Source of the DNA: Candidatus Woesearchaeota archaeon
Lineage (GTDB): Archaea; Nanobdellota; Nanobdellia; Pacearchaeales; GW2011-AR1
DNA: 64,000 bases
Direction of reading: 5' to 3'
Assembly (NCBI GenBank): GCA_964467035.1
Contig: CAYXNX010000004.1
Span: forward strand, 89 to 64,088
Made by a program: the position numbers and the translations under genes
The notes under the pieces: model-generated
Told to the model about the DNA's origin: nothing
What the model saw: only the letters and a program-made list of their open reading frames with translations
Database searches by the model: none
Part shown: positions 29,541-36,259 of the stretch, piece after piece
Numbering within the stretch: position 1 is the first letter of the stretch
How the letters are laid out: each line of letters opens with the position of its first letter

Positions 29541-30170
29541 ATCTCTTTAAGAAGTTACAAAGTTGTTTGTCTTAAATCTTTAAATTCAAAATTCCATTCT
29601 TCTTGGGAATACTTAATGTATTGTTCAATTACTTCAGCAGTTACTGCTCCAACACTTCGGAAAAATTTTCCAGGGCTCCATAAATGAGGTTTAACTGTTC
29701 CGTCTCTACTAAAAAAAGCATACCATTGAGTACACTTTTTGAAAAAAATTCTCGCGCTTCCTCCTTTCAAAAATTGTAAAGTCATACTCACCGAAATTGT
29801 CGACGGAACTTGTGCAAAACAATGCACATGGTCTGGCATAACTTTTAACTCAATAATTTCTATTTTATGTTTTTTTGCAACTTGTTTGATTGCATCTTCA
29901 CAAATTTTCCGAGGGTATTCTTTTTTGAAAACCGATACATTGTATTTTGGTCTCCAAACAAAGTGATAAGCACTTTGTCCTATTGCGTGTTTTGTATGTT
30001 TTAATTCCATTTTTCTCCATAGCTTTCGCGCACGAAAGCAAACATTTATTTAGTTTGAGAAAGTTTCAACTAGGCAATTTTATGGCGGTTTAACCGCCTT
30101 CTTTCTCGTAATAAATAAGTTTTTTAGAAATAAATACATTTGCACCTCGTCTTAAAAGACGAGGCAGCAG
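29500..30170 (-). mobile_element. IS200-like element (tnpA only); ends approximate
   Basis: Y1 transposase ORF flanked by subterminal hairpins: 29518-29539 downstream, and 30022-30039, 30084-30098 and 30145-30164 upstream. No tnpB/iscB. Confidence 0.5.
29555..30010 (-). CDS. tnpA: IS200/IS605-family Y1 (HUH) transposase TnpA
   Basis: 151 aa. YHFVWRPKY start, HUH motif PDHVHCF, LKGGSARIF, LWSPGKFFRSVG and the catalytic-Tyr region VIEQYIKYS. Confidence 0.85.
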   Translation of the reverse strand: MELKHTKHAIGQSAYHFVWRPKYNVSVFKKEYPRKICEDAIKQVAKKHKIEIIELKVMPDHVHCFAQVPSTISVSMTLQFLKGGSARIFFKKCTQWYAFFSRDGTVKPHLWSPGKFFRSVGAVTAEVIEQYIKYSQEEWNFEFKDLRQTTL

Positions 30171-30241
30171 ATATATTGTAGCGCAGCGGAGTGCGGAGTG
30201 AAACGGAGCAAGTTTTTCCTTTGGCGTTTTGAATACAAAAT

Positions 30242-30249
30242 TTTAAATA
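30242..30249 (+). promoter_or_regulatory. TATA-box-like element about 30 nt upstream of ATG 30272 (leaderless layout)
   Basis: tttaaata. The same spacing is seen at four other cassette genes. Confidence 0.4.
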
Positions 30250-30271
30250 TAACTTAGAATTCTTTAATACC

Positions 30272-30487
30272 ATGGCATTATTAACAGAAACTTCTGCAAA
30301 ATTATTGGAGGAAATGTGCGAAGATAGAACGGGAAAATCATTACAAGAATTTTCAGAACAAGATTTTCCAAGAGATTACTCTCCCGAATTAGAACAGAAA
30401 AGAGCAGAAGTTTCAAAATACAGATTAACCAAACCATCTACAACGCCATGGTATAATCCTCAAAGAATTCTAAGACATTTTAGATAG
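30272..30487 (+). CDS. hypothetical small protein
   Basis: 71-aa ORF with a TATA at -30. Terminates in TAG. No recognisable family. Confidence 0.4.
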   Translation: MALLTETSAKLLEEMCEDRTGKSLQEFSEQDFPRDYSPELEQKRAEVSKYRLTKPSTTPWYNPQRILRHFR

Positions 30488-30514
30488 TTTATAGCCAAAT
30501 GAAAAATTTCGTTG

Positions 30515-30660
30515 AACATCGCGATTAAACGAAGTCGCCTAAGGCGATTTGGGTGGAGAAACCTGCAAGGTTTCGGAACCGTTAAATTCCTGTTAGTTTC
30601 GTCCGAATATTTAGAGGACTTGATTTTTAGTGCAACGATGCCGAAGGCAAAAAATCAAAG
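30515..30660 (+). repeat. junction element E5 (AACATCG left module, core CTGTTAG at 30590-30596, RM-2 right module with hairpin 30620-30660)
   Basis: The left part parallels E1 and 33533-33630. The hairpin is repeated in inverse orientation at 56190-56229. Confidence 0.7.
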
Positions 30661-30796
30661 TTTTTGGATTACTGATAAATTTCGACCGCAGAGAGTATAT
30701 ATGTCCAAAGGAAGAGAGAGTAGGGTGTCTTGTTTTGGTTCTTTTCTAAAAGAACATTTAGGGTCGTCATTTGTCATTTTCTGGGCTACCAAAAGA

Positions 30797-30804
30797 TTTA
30801 TATA
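30797..30804 (+). promoter_or_regulatory. TATA-box-like element about 30 nt upstream of ATG 30829
   Basis: tttatata. Overlaps the left inverted-repeat arm at 30788-30800. Confidence 0.4.
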
Positions 30805-30828
30805 GTAATTGTATTATTGATTATACAT

Positions 30829-31419
30829 ATGTATAAAAAGATAAGATTTACAGAAAATACCTTGCAAGTATTATCTTTATTTACGAACGATTTTAATAGA
30901 GAATATTATATTCGAGAAGTTGAAAAATTACTAAAAATTAGTCCGAGAACATCACAGCTTATTCTTGAGGATTTGGAAAATAAAGGAGTGATAGAATCAA
31001 AAACTAAGGGCAAGATTAAAACATTTAAATTAAATCCAAGCGAGTTCACTAAAAGGTATCTTGCTTTCGTAGAACAATATAAAGCGATTGCATTTTTAGA
31101 AAAGAAACTTTTGATTAAAGAAATAATAGAAAAGATCATTCCCAATATTAAAGGAATCGGCATAATTTTTGGAAGTTATGTTAAAGGATTAGAAAAAGAA
31201 GGTTCTGATTTGGATATTTTTATTGTAGGAAGTTATAACAATGACGAAATAAAAAAAATTTCAAAAAATTTAGGTATAGAGATAAGTATTAAATGTTATC
31301 CTCTGAAAACATTTGAGAAGAATCTAAAAAAAGATATCCTTCTGAAAGAAGTTTTAAAAAATCATGTAGTTTTTCTAAATGTAGAACAATTTATACAGAA
31401 GGTCTTCAAAAATGGATAA
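30829..31419 (+). CDS. nucleotidyltransferase (MNT-like) with N-terminal winged helix
   Basis: GSYVKGLEKEGSDLDIFIVGS matches the minimal nucleotidyltransferase signature. N-terminal wHTH-like segment. Overlaps the HEPN gene by 8 nt. Confidence 0.75.
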   Translation: MYKKIRFTENTLQVLSLFTNDFNREYYIREVEKLLKISPRTSQLILEDLENKGVIESKTKGKIKTFKLNPSEFTKRYLAFVEQYKAIAFLEKKLLIKEIIEKIIPNIKGIGIIFGSYVKGLEKEGSDLDIFIVGSYNNDEIKKISKNLGIEISIKCYPLKTFEKNLKKDILLKEVLKNHVVFLNVEQFIQKVFKNG

Positions 31420-31894
31420 AATAAAATGGTGTGCTGAGAAAAAAGGAGGATTAAGTTTAGTTGAGCCAAACTCTGATCTCGCAAATGCTTATATCAAGAA
31501 AGCGGAAGAAGCACTTGAATCAATGAGGGTAAACATAATTAAAGATTGGAAAATCTCAACAGCATACTATACAATCTATTTCTCATTATACGCTGTCTTG
31601 ATGAAATTGGGTATAAAATGTAAGATTCATTCTTGTACTATTGAATTTGCAAAAAGATTCCTCGAAGAATATTTTGAAGAAGCAGAGTTAAATTTTACTG
31701 AGGACTCATTAAAAGCTAGAGTCGATTCCCAATATTATATAGACCGAACTGTTCCAGATGAGCAATATAACAAAATGATTCAAAAAGCTCCTGAATTTCT
31801 AGTTAAGTGCAAATCTGTTATTATCAAATTAAACGAGAAAAAGGTTAATGAGATAAGAGATAAATTTCAAAAGGAAATAAGCAAGAGGAGATAA
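31412..31894 (+). CDS. HEPN-domain protein (partner of the MNT)
   Basis: 160 aa, helical. N-terminal AYIKKAEEALESMR is typical of HEPN. Translationally coupled to the upstream nucleotidyltransferase. Confidence 0.7.
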   Translation: MDKIKWCAEKKGGLSLVEPNSDLANAYIKKAEEALESMRVNIIKDWKISTAYYTIYFSLYAVLMKLGIKCKIHSCTIEFAKRFLEEYFEEAELNFTEDSLKARVDSQYYIDRTVPDEQYNKMIQKAPEFLVKCKSVIIKLNEKKVNEIRDKFQKEISKRR

Positions 31895-31956
31895 TTAAAT
31901 GAATACTAAACAGATAATTAACAAGAAAGCTGAATATTGGAAAAAGTGATTACCAG

Positions 31957-32141
31957 TAAATCTTTTGGTTTCAAATTATATTTCTATTTAGCCCGAATTC
32001 TGAATTAGACATAATTCCTGTTATGTCTCCCGACGACTGAAAGGAGGAGAGCGCAGCGTGGCAAAATCCGAAGGATTTTGAGTTCAGAATTCGGGCGTAT
32101 TTGATATTAACTTCAGAGTAGTAAAAGAACCGAAAGATTTA
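31957..32141 (+). repeat. junction element E6: nested-stem structure with core CTGTTAT at 32018-32024
   Basis: Stems 31957-31970/32128-32141 (13 of 14), 31991-32004/32083-32096 (14/14), 32007-32014/32021-32028 (8/8) and 32062-32069/32073-32080 (8/8). Confidence 0.8.
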
Positions 32142-32145
32142 TAAA
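32138..32145 (+). promoter_or_regulatory. TATA-box-like element 30 nt upstream of ATG 32168
   Basis: tttataaa. Overlaps the inverted-repeat arm at 32128-32141. Confidence 0.4.
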
Positions 32146-32167
32146 GATTAGACTTATTCTAAAATAC

Positions 32168-32461
32168 ATGAAAAAAGAAATAATCCCAAGGTATAATATT
32201 GAAGTTCCAACACTAGAGGAACAGCTAAAAGAAGAAGGATTCAAAAGAGTAGCTGAACTTGAAGCAAGAGCTGATGGAAGAGTGGAACTTCCAATTGATT
32301 TAGTCCCAAATACAAAGGGCGGAAAAAATATTTTTGGTAAACCTTACGCGGAATTGAGAATTGTAAATGCGAGAGAAGTTAGCCCATTTGAAAAGAGCGA
32401 TAGAAAATATTTTGTTTACCAAAAAATAGAAGAAAGCCCATATGTATTTGAACAAGAATAA
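32168..32461 (+). CDS. hypothetical protein (cassette cargo)
   Basis: 97-aa ORF with a TATA at -30. Bracketed by perfect inverted repeats. Confidence 0.5.
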   Translation: MKKEIIPRYNIEVPTLEEQLKEEGFKRVAELEARADGRVELPIDLVPNTKGGKNIFGKPYAELRIVNAREVSPFEKSDRKYFVYQKIEESPYVFEQE

Positions 32462-32600
32462 ATCTTTCGGTTTCTATCTTTTAGCCCGAATTCTGATTAG
32501 ACATAATCGCTGTTATACGCCCCGACGAGTGAAACGAGGAGAGCCTGCAAGGCGTGGTCGGAGCGAAGCGACGAAGAAGTGGTGTGAGTTTTCGTTAAAT
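32459..32600 (+). repeat. junction element E7 (core CTGTTAT at 32510-32516)
   Basis: The left part gcccgaattctga-ttagacataat equals the E6 left part. Positions 32539-32570 are identical over 32 nt to 33666-33697. Confidence 0.75.
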
Positions 32601-32603
32601 GAT

Positions 32604-33062
32604 TTAGAGTAGCCTTCGTTTTATTTTTATTAATAAAAAAGTTAATACTATATAAAAAAATCCGATGCAAATTATATAGTAATTTGGAAATGTTTTAAAA
32701 AAAAGAAAAAATCCAAAAGCGTAAGCTATTCCTAAAAAGATTCCTGAAGATGTCCTTAAAATATTATTGCCTTTGGATTTTTTAAAAGCAGATATTGACC
32801 AATCAATTAAAGCAAATATGGGGAAAAAAGCAATTACAAAATAATATAAATTTTTATTTGGTATTTGAAAAGTTAATAACACTATTCCTAAGAGAATTCC
32901 TAAATATACTCCAAGACAACGAGAACAAAAAGCAATTTGTTTATTTTTAATTTTAAATAAATAGCATTTATAATAATCTTCTTTTTTATGATGAGAAAGA
33001 ATATACTTAGAGACTTCACTTAATCCCCTTTTTAATTCTTTTAGTAAATAATTTAGTCCCAT
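32604..33062 (-). CDS. DUF2085-like membrane protein
   Basis: 152 aa with CSRCLGVYLG followed by 4 hydrophobic helices. Confidence 0.5.
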   Translation of the reverse strand: MGLNYLLKELKRGLSEVSKYILSHHKKEDYYKCYLFKIKNKQIAFCSRCLGVYLGILLGIVLLTFQIPNKNLYYFVIAFFPIFALIDWSISAFKKSKGNNILRTSSGIFLGIAYAFGFFLFFKTFPNYYIICIGFFYIVLTFLLIKIKRRLL

Positions 33063-33093
33063 ATTATTAACTAAATATAAGTAGAATAAAAAT

Positions 33094-33432
33094 TTATCCG
33101 TATTTTGCTTTAAATGCAGAATCGGTCATTGTTAAATAAATTATTCCTTCAATTAAACCAATTATTGCAGGAATGAAAGTCCAAAAAAAACACAAATACA
33201 AAATTCCCATTCCAATATCTTCTAAATAAAATTTGTGTGCACCGATTCCGCCAAGTAAAATTCCTAAAAGGCCTGCGGCAACTTTGTTTTTTTCCCTTCC
33301 AGAAAATGAATGATGACTTCTTTGTCTAACGCCACATTTTGGGCATATTTCTGCTTCTTTTTTTATAACTTCTCCACAAGAAGAGCAATAAGCTTCATCG
33401 GATTTTTTTTCTTTCTTGTCTTTTTGAACCAT
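33094..33432 (-). CDS. zinc-ribbon plus TM2-domain membrane protein
   Basis: CSSCG..x..CPKCG zinc ribbon, then AGLLGILLGGIGAHKFYL, which is typical of the TM2 domain. Confidence 0.7.
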   Translation of the reverse strand: MVQKDKKEKKSDEAYCSSCGEVIKKEAEICPKCGVRQRSHHSFSGREKNKVAAGLLGILLGGIGAHKFYLEDIGMGILYLCFFWTFIPAIIGLIEGIIYLTMTDSAFKAKYG

Positions 33433-33532
33433 ATTTATATTTAAAGAAATATAGAACTTTATAAACTTTTTTATTTTTTAAGGGGGCTACTCTTCTAACG
33501 AAGATGTCTAGAAAATTCACACTATTGCAATT

Positions 33533-33720
33533 AACATCGCGATTAAGGAAAGTTAATTTCTCCCGCGAGTGTAACGAGCTGGCTGAGAAATTAATTTAGG
33601 AAAATCCTGCAAGGATTTTCTGTTTAAGCCCTGTTAAATCCTCTGAACAAAATCTTTGATTTTGTGAGAGCCTGCAAGGCGTGGTCGGAGCGAAGCGGAG
33701 GGCGTAAGTCCCAATCTCCA
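33533..33720 (+). repeat. junction element E8 (AACATCG left module, core CTGTTAA at 33631-33637)
   Basis: Hairpins 33553-33562/33585-33594 (10 bp) and 33599-33620 (gaaaatcc-tgcaa-ggattttc). Shares a 32-nt block with E7. Confidence 0.7.
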
Positions 33721-33832
33721 TTATATTCTCAAACTTCCAAAAAATAGAATCTTTGATTCGTCATTTTTTGAGGATGTTTGGCGAGCATCTTTTCGATGCG
33801 AAGAGTCGCGAAATGAAATGGAGCGATTGGAT

Positions 33833-33960
33833 ATAAGGGGTGTTAATCGACCCCAAATACTTGGAGAGGCACGAGTTCTTCAGATATTTGTTGGAAGTGA
33901 GTTTTGCGTTGGGCGGGGTCTTGATAATAGAAGGGTTGTGGGGAGCAAAATTTTGATTAA
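33833..33960 (+). repeat. L repeat copy 1 (noncoding element of about 125 nt)
   Basis: About 90% identical by eye to 34840-34964 and 36134-36259. Indels between copies break any reading frame. Confidence 0.9.
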
Positions 33961-34015
33961 CCCCTGTTATACAGGGGGTGAGGAGCGTAGCGACGAAAGC
34001 GTAGCGTTCCATTGC
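33961..34015 (+). repeat. junction element E9 (core CTGTTAT at 33964-33970 inside the hairpin cccctgt-tat-acagggg)
   Basis: Followed by gtgaggagcgtagcgacgaaagcgtagcg, a gcgtagcg..cgaaag..gcgtagcg hairpin-like tract. Confidence 0.6.
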
Positions 34016-34031
34016 GTCAAGAAATTGGGCA

Positions 34032-34775
34032 TTACTTCTTCTTAAACTTGAACAAAATAAAAGTTGGCAAAGTTGTTGTTAATCTATATTTTTCAGAATC
34101 ATATTTTTTAGATATTTTAGTTGGCTCAGCATCTTTATAATCGATTAATTCAAATCCATTATTTATTCCTGCTTTAATCAGTGTTTCATAGGTAAAATTA
34201 CAAAGTTCCACTTTTCCTAAACTTCCTAAATCATTTGGTTTTGGGGTTTCATCAAAATAATTGCCAAAAATTATTCTTTTTCTATAAGATTGTTTTTTTA
34301 CACCAATCATGTGTTCCTTAGTTTGATTGATTAGATTAAAAATTGGGTGGCCTGTTGAAAAACAAAAAATCCCTTTTTTCTTTAAAACACGATTTACTTC
34401 TTTGAATAATTTGTTAATGTCTTTGATGTAATGTATTGCTAAACTTGAATAAACAATATCAAAAGTTGAATCTTCATGTTTTAACTTTTTACTCATATCT
34501 CCAACATAGAAATTAGAATCAGGAATTTTTTGTTGATTTGCAAATTTGACTAATTCTTTACTAATGTCAAATCCAACCAATTTTTTATAATTTTGCTTAG
34601 ATAATTTTTGAGCATGATCCCCAAAACCACAACCCATATCTAGAATAACTTTGTTTTTTACATCACCAATGATTTTAATTAAAGCAGGAACTTCAATATC
34701 TCGATTATAATCAAATCGCGTTTTATCTTTTCTTCGCTCTAAATAATGCTGAGCCAATTTATCATATTCTGCCAT
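34032..34775 (-). CDS. class I SAM-dependent methyltransferase
   Basis: VILDMGCGFGDH (motif I), DIVYSSLAIHY and KKGIFCFS motifs. Confidence 0.85.
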   Translation of the reverse strand: MAEYDKLAQHYLERRKDKTRFDYNRDIEVPALIKIIGDVKNKVILDMGCGFGDHAQKLSKQNYKKLVGFDISKELVKFANQQKIPDSNFYVGDMSKKLKHEDSTFDIVYSSLAIHYIKDINKLFKEVNRVLKKKGIFCFSTGHPIFNLINQTKEHMIGVKKQSYRKRIIFGNYFDETPKPNDLGSLGKVELCNFTYETLIKAGINNGFELIDYKDAEPTKISKKYDSEKYRLTTTLPTFILFKFKKK

Positions 34776-34839
34776 ATATATAGACTACTTTGCCAACAAT
34801 ATAAATCTTTTTGTTCTGAGCCCAATTTCTTGATTTCGT

Positions 34840-34964
34840 ATAAGGGTGTTAATCGACCCCAAATACTTGGAGAGGCACGAGTTTTTCAGATATTTGTTTG
34901 AGTGAGTTTTGCATTGGGGGTGTCTTGACAATAGAAGGGTTGTGGGAAGCAAAATTTTGATTAA
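34840..34964 (+). repeat. L repeat copy 2
   Basis: See copy 1. Immediately followed by tcgCTGTTAT (core at 34968-34974). Confidence 0.9.
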
Positions 34965-35042
34965 TCGCTGTTATCTGTCCCGAACGAAGTGAGGAGAGTG
35001 CAACGTGCCCGAGCCGAAGGCGAAAGAGTTTTTGAAAATGCC
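34965..35042 (+). repeat. junction element E10 (core plus RM-1-like cgaacgaagtgaggagag; gagccgaaggc hairpin)
   Basis: Read directly. Ends in the inverted-repeat arm at 35029-35042. Confidence 0.6.
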
Positions 35043-35105
35043 GTTCATCAAGGACGAAGTCCCATTAGTTTAAAGAATCAAGGTGTAAACTCAAGAAGCA
35101 CAATG

Positions 35106-35113
35106 TTTATAAT
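35106..35113 (+). promoter_or_regulatory. TATA-box-like element 30 nt upstream of ATG 35136
   Basis: tttataat. Confidence 0.4.
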
Positions 35114-35135
35114 AATTCATAATTTCCACTAATTT

Positions 35136-35801
35136 ATGGCTTCAAATTTAGAGAATCTTCATCAGTGGGCATCTTCAAAATATGAGAATTATCTATCTAT
35201 GATAGCTATTGGTTCAATTGCGGTGGGAGATGCTTGGATTGAGGGAAGAAGCGATCATGACATTCTTCTTGTTTTTGAAGAATATCCTCAAAGCATTGCT
35301 TCAGATTTAGAAGGATATCTTCAAAATTCTGAATTTGATGAAACTTACCTATTCACACCATTACCAAAATCTGTGTTAATAGGCCCAAAAAATCATAGTC
35401 ATGATTTCTCAAACAAATTCAGAAGTAAGACTCTCTATGGAATTGATTTAATCCCTGAAGTTAAATTACCAACAGATGAAGTGATTAAATCATTGTATGA
35501 AAGTGGTTTAGAGAGTGTTACGAGAAGAATGTCGCATAGAATTGCCCACGCTTCTTTATGGACTGATGAAAAAGCCAGAAATGTTTTTTGGAAATTATTC
35601 AAGCATTCATTTATGAATTTAGCAATAAGAGCTTATGCAACATCTGGAAATTATCCAAGAAAAAGGGAAGATGTTGTAAAACATTATGATTCTGATGAAT
35701 TAAAAGTCGTATTAGAAACATTGAATACAATTAATGAACAACCAAGAGAAAATATTGTTTCTGCTGCGAAAGGATTGGTTGGCTATATTAAGCGACTTTG
35801 A
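35136..35801 (+). CDS. putative nucleotidyltransferase-fold protein
   Basis: GSIAVGDAWIEGRSDHDILLVF matches the G-S-x(9-11)-D-x-D nucleotidyltransferase pattern. The rest is helical. Confidence 0.5.
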   Translation: MASNLENLHQWASSKYENYLSMIAIGSIAVGDAWIEGRSDHDILLVFEEYPQSIASDLEGYLQNSEFDETYLFTPLPKSVLIGPKNHSHDFSNKFRSKTLYGIDLIPEVKLPTDEVIKSLYESGLESVTRRMSHRIAHASLWTDEKARNVFWKLFKHSFMNLAIRAYATSGNYPRKREDVVKHYDSDELKVVLETLNTINEQPRENIVSAAKGLVGYIKRL

Positions 35802-35821
35802 GTTTACCTCATTCTATTTTA

Positions 35822-35915
35822 GGCATTTTCAAAAATTGGATTTAATGCCTGTTATAATCTCCCGTTAGTGACGAGGGATAGCTGCAAGCGGTTTTTTGCG
35901 AAGCAAAAAAATCCT
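35822..35915 (+). repeat. junction element E11 (core CTGTTAT at 35849-35855)
   Basis: Hairpins gctgcaagc and ttttttgcgaagcaaaaaa. Begins with the inverted-repeat arm at 35822-35835. Confidence 0.6.
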
Positions 35916-35935
35916 GAAGAGTTGAATTTAGAAAC

Positions 35936-36082
35936 TTACTTCTTTTTTAATGAGAAGAAAGCGAAGAATGCAAAAAATCCGAAGAATCCGAAAAGCTCGT
36001 AATTTTGAGTAGGTATGCCTAGCAATCCTAATAATCCAAAGATACCAAAATATCCAGCTTTCCATTTATTATCATCTTTCAT
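35936..36082 (-). CDS. small hydrophobic protein (48 aa; below the ORF-track cutoff)
   Basis: My translation is MKDDNKWKAGYFGIFGLLGLLGIPTQNYELFGFFGFFAFFAFFSLKKK. Bracketed by the perfect 14-bp inverted repeat 35922-35935/36114-36127. Confidence 0.4.
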   Translation of the reverse strand: MKDDNKWKAGYFGIFGLLGLLGIPTQNYELFGFFGFFAFFAFFSLKKK

Positions 36083-36133
36083 AATATTTCTGAGGTTCTA
36101 TTTGTTTATTAAAGTTTCTAAATTCAATTGATT

Positions 36134-36259
36134 ATAAGGGGTGTTAATCGACTTCGAATACTTGGAGAGGCACGAGTTCTTCAGATATTTGTTTGAGTGA
36201 GTTTTGCATTGGGGGTGTCTTGACAATAGAGGGGTTGTGGGGAGCAAAATTTTGATTAA
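36134..36259 (+). repeat. L repeat copy 3 (adjacent to the recombinase gene; not followed by CTGTTA)
   Basis: Ends gattaaCAG, so TTAACAG (the reverse complement of CTGTTAA) sits at 36256-36262. Confidence 0.9.

Noticed and set aside
30512-30805. 97-aa plus-strand ORF
   Set aside because: It lies entirely across junction element E5 and its hairpins. It has a non-ATG start and no TATA at -30, unlike the real cassette genes.
33761-34045. Two overlapping ORFs (83 aa minus strand, 75 aa plus strand) across L repeat copy 1
   Set aside because: The other two L copies carry 1-nt indels and would not conserve either frame, so the repeat is noncoding.
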